Source: a bacterium (lineage in GTDB: Bacteria; Patescibacteriota; Patescibacteriia; Patescibacteriales; UBA12465). Taken from it: a stretch of 64,000 nt of DNA. Shown one piece after another: positions 60,493-64,000 of the stretch. Position 1 is the first letter of the stretch, and each line of letters opens with the position of its first letter. The position numbers and the translations under genes are program-made. The stretch is from the NCBI GenBank assembly GCA_035402825.1, contig DAONDZ010000002.1, positions 1,854 through 65,853 on the forward strand, given 5' to 3'. The notes under the pieces were generated by a model. It was given only the letters and a program-made list of their open reading frames with translations, did not search any database and was not told where the DNA came from.

Positions 60493-62205
60493 TTATTTTC
60501 GCTTCTTATATTTAGTGTGCAACACGCTATGCCCTAATTTATTATCCTCCAGCCATTTTAGTACATCCAGAACCTCTTGATTCTTATGCGCCTGGCGAAT
60601 AGATTTAAACTTATCAATCTCATACAAGGATTTAATTCTTTCTTTTCTGATTTTAGCATTAGTGGGAATCGGCTGACCGCCGCCGCCGATACATCCTCCC
60701 GGACAAGCCATGACTTCGATATAATGATATTTTTTCAAATGCGGCAAAACCTTATCTATTACCCCGATACCATTCACCACCGCTACTTTAAGTTTCTGGC
60801 CGCCAATATCAATAGTTGCTTCCCTAAACTCCTCTAAGCCCCGCACTTCTTTGAAATCAATCCGGGAATTACAAAGCTTGGCCTTTTCATCTTGGCAAAC
60901 CAAAGAATAGGCCGTGCGCAGAGCCGATTCCATTACCCCGCCCGAAGAACCATAAATCACGGCCGCTCCAGAGCCTTCGTTAAATATCTTGTCGCTAGCC
61001 ATCGGCTCCAGTTTGGTAAAATCAATTTTCTTTTTCTTGAGCATATAGGCCAGCTCGCGAGTGGTAATCACATAGTCCACCGGATAAAGTCCGTTGACTT
61101 TCATTTCTTCCCGTCGGCATTCAAACTTCTTAGCCGTACAAGGCATCACCGAGACCACTACAATTTTTTTTGGATCAACTTTTAACTTCTTAGCCCAATA
61201 AGTTTTAATAATTCCCCCCAAATGGATTTGCGGCGAACGAGAAGTAGTTAGATTAGGAATCAACTCCGGGTGGAAAAACTCCACGTACTTCACCCAGGCT
61301 GGACAGCAGGAAGTAATCATGGGAAGCTGAGCTTTCTTATCACTCAAACGTTTTAACAACTCCTGAGCTTCCACCATAGTTGTAACATCGGCGCTGAAAT
61401 TAACATCAAAAACATTCTTGAATCCCAGTTTCTTCAATCCCGCCACAGTGCGGCCAGTAGCCAATTCGTTATAGGGTAAACCAAATTCTTCTCCCAGGGT
61501 CACTCGAACCGAAGGAGCGAATTGCGCTACCACTATCTTTTTCTTATCCGCCAAAACTTTTTCCACCTTATCCCAATCAGCCTGTTCTTGAGCCGAAGCT
61601 ACCGGACAATGCAAAGCGCATTGGCCGCAATAGATACAATCAATTTTTTTGTTTTTAGTGGGTATTATTTCCTGATTAATTCCCTTGCCGTTAATTTCCA
61701 AATAATTGATATTTTGCATCTTGGAACAGGCATCCACACAATTTCGGCAATCAATACATTGGCTGCCGTCAATTTCTACGGCATTAGCGAATTTATAGGT
61801 CTTTCTTTTTGATTTACGATCATAGAAACGATTAATCTTGATATTATATCTCTTAGCCAAATCCAACAGCGCGCAATCAAACCGCAAGGTGCAATTAGAG
61901 CACTTTTCAATATGCTCGGCAAAAAGCAATTCAATATTGGAATTGCGAGAAACCTCCACGAGTGGCGAATCAGTTTGCACTTCCATCCCCTCTTGAACCA
62001 CAGTGGAACAAGCGGTTTGTAATTTCCGACAGCCAGCCACCTCCACCACGCAAACCCGGCAGTTAGCCTTCACCTTGAAGTCCGGATGCTGGCACAAAGC
62101 CGGCACAAAGATATTATTATCTTTAGCCGCTTCCAAAATAGTCTGCCCGGGAGTAGCTTTAACTTTTTGGCCGTTAATTTTTAGATTAATCAATTTCGAA
62201 GCCAT
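60493..62205 (-). CDS. hydA: [FeFe]-hydrogenase catalytic subunit, CpI-like M3 architecture
   Basis: N-terminal 2Fe-2S fold (CQHPDFKVKANCRVCVVEV), a His-ligated 4Fe-4S (HIEKCSNCTLRFDC) and two ferredoxin 4Fe-4S motifs (CIDCRNCVDAC, CIYCGQCALHCP). H-cluster motifs are TSCCPAWV, MPCTAKKFE and EVMACPGGCIGGGGQP. Confidence 0.9.
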   Translation of the reverse strand: MASKLINLKINGQKVKATPGQTILEAAKDNNIFVPALCQHPDFKVKANCRVCVVEVAGCRKLQTACSTVVQEGMEVQTDSPLVEVSRNSNIELLFAEHIEKCSNCTLRFDCALLDLAKRYNIKINRFYDRKSKRKTYKFANAVEIDGSQCIDCRNCVDACSKMQNINYLEINGKGINQEIIPTKNKKIDCIYCGQCALHCPVASAQEQADWDKVEKVLADKKKIVVAQFAPSVRVTLGEEFGLPYNELATGRTVAGLKKLGFKNVFDVNFSADVTTMVEAQELLKRLSDKKAQLPMITSCCPAWVKYVEFFHPELIPNLTTSRSPQIHLGGIIKTYWAKKLKVDPKKIVVVSVMPCTAKKFECRREEMKVNGLYPVDYVITTRELAYMLKKKKIDFTKLEPMASDKIFNEGSGAAVIYGSSGGVMESALRTAYSLVCQDEKAKLCNSRIDFKEVRGLEEFREATIDIGGQKLKVAVVNGIGVIDKVLPHLKKYHYIEVMACPGGCIGGGGQPIPTNAKIRKERIKSLYEIDKFKSIRQAHKNQEVLDVLKWLEDNKLGHSVLHTKYKKRK

Positions 62206-62207
62206 AA

Positions 62208-62963
62208 TTATTTAGTCTTGCTCTTGATTTGTTTCAAATCACGATAGATAAAATAGGTATAGACCAAAAACCAAGGGGTCAATAAATAGGAAGCGATTTG
62301 AATGATAAAATTATAGGCCATTTCAGCTGTTCCCCCATCGGCCATTACTGCTCGCGGGATAGAAACGATAATACTGACAATAATCATGAATAGGCCGAAA
62401 TAAATGTAGCGACCAAACACTGGCCACCAATAGCCTTTCACCAAACCTTTACTGGCCTTAATTGCCTGATATCCTCTTACCCCTTCAAAAATGAAGACGA
62501 AGAAAGACATAGAATAAAACACCCAGAATATAATACCAGGTACAATCAGCAACAAGGACCAAGCCAAAACCAACAATCCGGTTAACAGTGATAGACCCAA
62601 ACCGGACCAGAAAATTTTGCGAGTAGCTTTATAGTTAGTCTTAAAATCAGCTTTCGGATCCTTGACCACTAAATACATACCAACTTGGCCGCGGAAAGCA
62701 AAATAAATAGTTAACAGCAATAAGATAGCTGAAACAACGCCACCAACAATCATTAACCAAGTCTTGCCGGCCAAGAAAGAACCGCCCATTAACAAAGTGA
62801 TGACAACGGTAAAAATGATAATCGGCACCACCATGGCCAAAATCATCTTGAACATGGCTTTGAAATTAGCCTTATACCAATTAAACGAGTCCTTGAACAA
62901 TTGCCAAGGCGCGGTAATCCGATAACTCAATTGAGGTCCGGATTGATTTTGTTCTTCATTCAT
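62208..62963 (-). CDS. Polytopic membrane protein (about 6 TM), function unknown
   Basis: 251-aa ORF between the nuoF-like gene and hydA. The downstream gap is 2 nt and the upstream gap 23 nt. Confidence 0.45.
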   Translation of the reverse strand: MNEEQNQSGPQLSYRITAPWQLFKDSFNWYKANFKAMFKMILAMVVPIIIFTVVITLLMGGSFLAGKTWLMIVGGVVSAILLLLTIYFAFRGQVGMYLVVKDPKADFKTNYKATRKIFWSGLGLSLLTGLLVLAWSLLLIVPGIIFWVFYSMSFFVFIFEGVRGYQAIKASKGLVKGYWWPVFGRYIYFGLFMIIVSIIVSIPRAVMADGGTAEMAYNFIIQIASYLLTPWFLVYTYFIYRDLKQIKSKTK

Positions 62964-62986
62964 ACTTTTTTTATTTAATTAATTTT

Positions 62987-64000
62987 TTACGTATTTAAAA
63001 TTTTGTCTAATTTGTCATTCCACACATTTTCCAAATAGCTCTTAACCGATACCGGCAAAGCGGCCCCCAAAGCGCAGAAAGAGCTTTGTTCTAAATCGCT
63101 CAATATGGCATTTAAGAACTTCTGATCTAATTCCCCCTTTTTTAGTAAATCCCAAAGGCGATAGGTGCCTTCGCGGCAAGGCGTACATTGCCCGCAAGAA
63201 TTATCTTTAAAGAACTGAAACCAAGACAACATTAATTTCTTAGGATCGGTTTTGAATAAATCATAAACGGTAATGGAGCCGGCACCGGAAACTAATTTTT
63301 CTAGTTGCTGACTGTTTAAAACTTCCCCGCTGGCATCGCCTCCCACTTGGACAAAGAAGGGCTTGTTCGGCCAATTATCGCTTTCTACCAATATTCTTTT
63401 GATGGTCCACTTAGAAGGATAGACAAAAACTCCGGGATGGGGTAAAGCGCCATTTAAGGAATAGAAACGAAAATCATAATACTCGTTTTGATTCACCAAG
63501 GAAACGTTATAGAAAGTCTCCACATTATTAATCAGCGTCGGCCGACCAAACAATCCTTCTTCAGTCGGAAAAGGCGGACGCAAGCGCGGCTCTAATCTTT
63601 GGCCCTCAATTAGATTTAAAATTGTCGTTTCCTCGCCGCCGATATAGCCGGCGCCTTCCGGCTTCACAAAGAACTCCAGCTTCCCTTTCAATTTCTGGCG
63701 ATTGACCGCCGCAGTTAATATTTTTTTATACTCTTGATAATATTTGGGATTGATATAAAAATAGATTTTCTCAGCTCCCAAAAACTCCCAAGCTAAACGG
63801 ACTCCCTCCAGCACTCTCTCCGGATAATTCGCTAAGATAAAACCATCCTTTAAAATCCCCGGTTCACCCTCAGCGGCATTAATCACGATATAAGGCTTAA
63901 CCTTCTTGGTCATTGCCGCCTCTTTCACCGCCTGCCACTTTAAAGCCGTCGGATAACAAGCTCCGCCGCGGCCGATGAGGTTTGCCTGTTTAATTTTTGC
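62987..64000 (-). CDS. NuoF/HydB-like NADH-binding flavoprotein subunit (N-terminus beyond the right edge)
   Basis: The track starts at a GTG at 63928, but the frame stays open to the window end and reads AKIKQANLIGRGGACYPTALKWQAVKEAA..., which is the GRGGAGFPTGLKW motif. Later motifs are NAAEGEPG, GYIGGEETTILNLIEG, PPFPTEEGLFGRPTLINNVETF and the N3 cluster SCGQCTPCREG...FCALG. Confidence 0.85.
   Translation of the reverse strand, partial: AKIKQANLIGRGGACYPTALKWQAVKEAAMTKKVKPYIVINAAEGEPGILKDGFILANYPERVLEGVRLAWEFLGAEKIYFYINPKYYQEYKKILTAAVNRQKLKGKLEFFVKPEGAGYIGGEETTILNLIEGQRLEPRLRPPFPTEEGLFGRPTLINNVETFYNVSLVNQNEYYDFRFYSLNGALPHPGVFVYPSKWTIKRILVESDNWPNKPFFVQVGGDASGEVLNSQQLEKLVSGAGSITVYDLFKTDPKKLMLSWFQFFKDNSCGQCTPCREGTYRLWDLLKKGELDQKFLNAILSDLEQSSFCALGAALPVSVKSYLENVWNDKLDKILNT

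Noticed and set aside
1-64000. CRISPR arrays, cas genes, restriction-modification systems, toxin-antitoxin pairs, reverse transcriptase/DGR, transposases
   Set aside because: I looked for regularly spaced direct repeats and for the hallmark motifs of these families in every ORF of 60 aa or more. None was recognised.

Overview
The window reads as one contiguous chromosomal segment of a small-genome bacterium. GC is roughly 40-49% by hand counts on a few 100-nt samples. Gene content points to the Candidate Phyla Radiation (Patescibacteria); this is an inference and no marker phylogeny was possible. About 60 tightly packed protein genes are present and roughly 85% are on the minus strand.

Housekeeping content:
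- Translation and RNA: gltX, serS, rpmA, rplJ-rplL (with a structured leader), tgt, cca.
- Replication and recombination: dnaX and a XerC/D-type recombinase.
- A truncated division/cell-wall cluster: mraZ-rsmH-ftsL-ftsI-murF. ftsQ and alr sit elsewhere.
- A metal/redox operon: cca, cyclophilin, nifS, nifU, ZIP transporter, SOD, histidine phosphatase.

Accessory content:
- Three dispersed cell-envelope glycan loci built from paralogous parts: 2x DUF4012-like, 2x GHL15/GH114-like hydrolase with FG-GAP repeats, 2x membrane-anchored Ig-like repeat proteins, 3x GT4, GT2, a Wzy/O-antigen-ligase-like protein and a Wzz-like protein.
- An [FeFe]-hydrogenase locus at the right edge.
- An orphan type-IV-coupling-protein-like ATPase operon.

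I found no rRNA, tRNA, CRISPR array, transposase, phage genes or recognisable defence system. I see no clear-cut novel system.

The most unusual items:
1. A T4CP-like ATPase fused to a large uncharacterised module, co-transcribed with a mini-ferredoxin, plus a stand-alone paralog of that module 25 kb away.
2. A Tgt homolog that has lost all four zinc ligands and the substrate-pocket motif.
3. An [FeFe]-hydrogenase locus interleaved with membrane proteins.
4. A single-gene, cassette-like unit encoding a beta-rich secreted protein, flanked by a 10-bp direct repeat and a perfect 16-bp hairpin.
5. A GT26-Nudix fusion.
6. A Cys-containing ~30-aa tandem-repeat protein.

All family assignments rest on motif recognition by eye and were not checked by database search.
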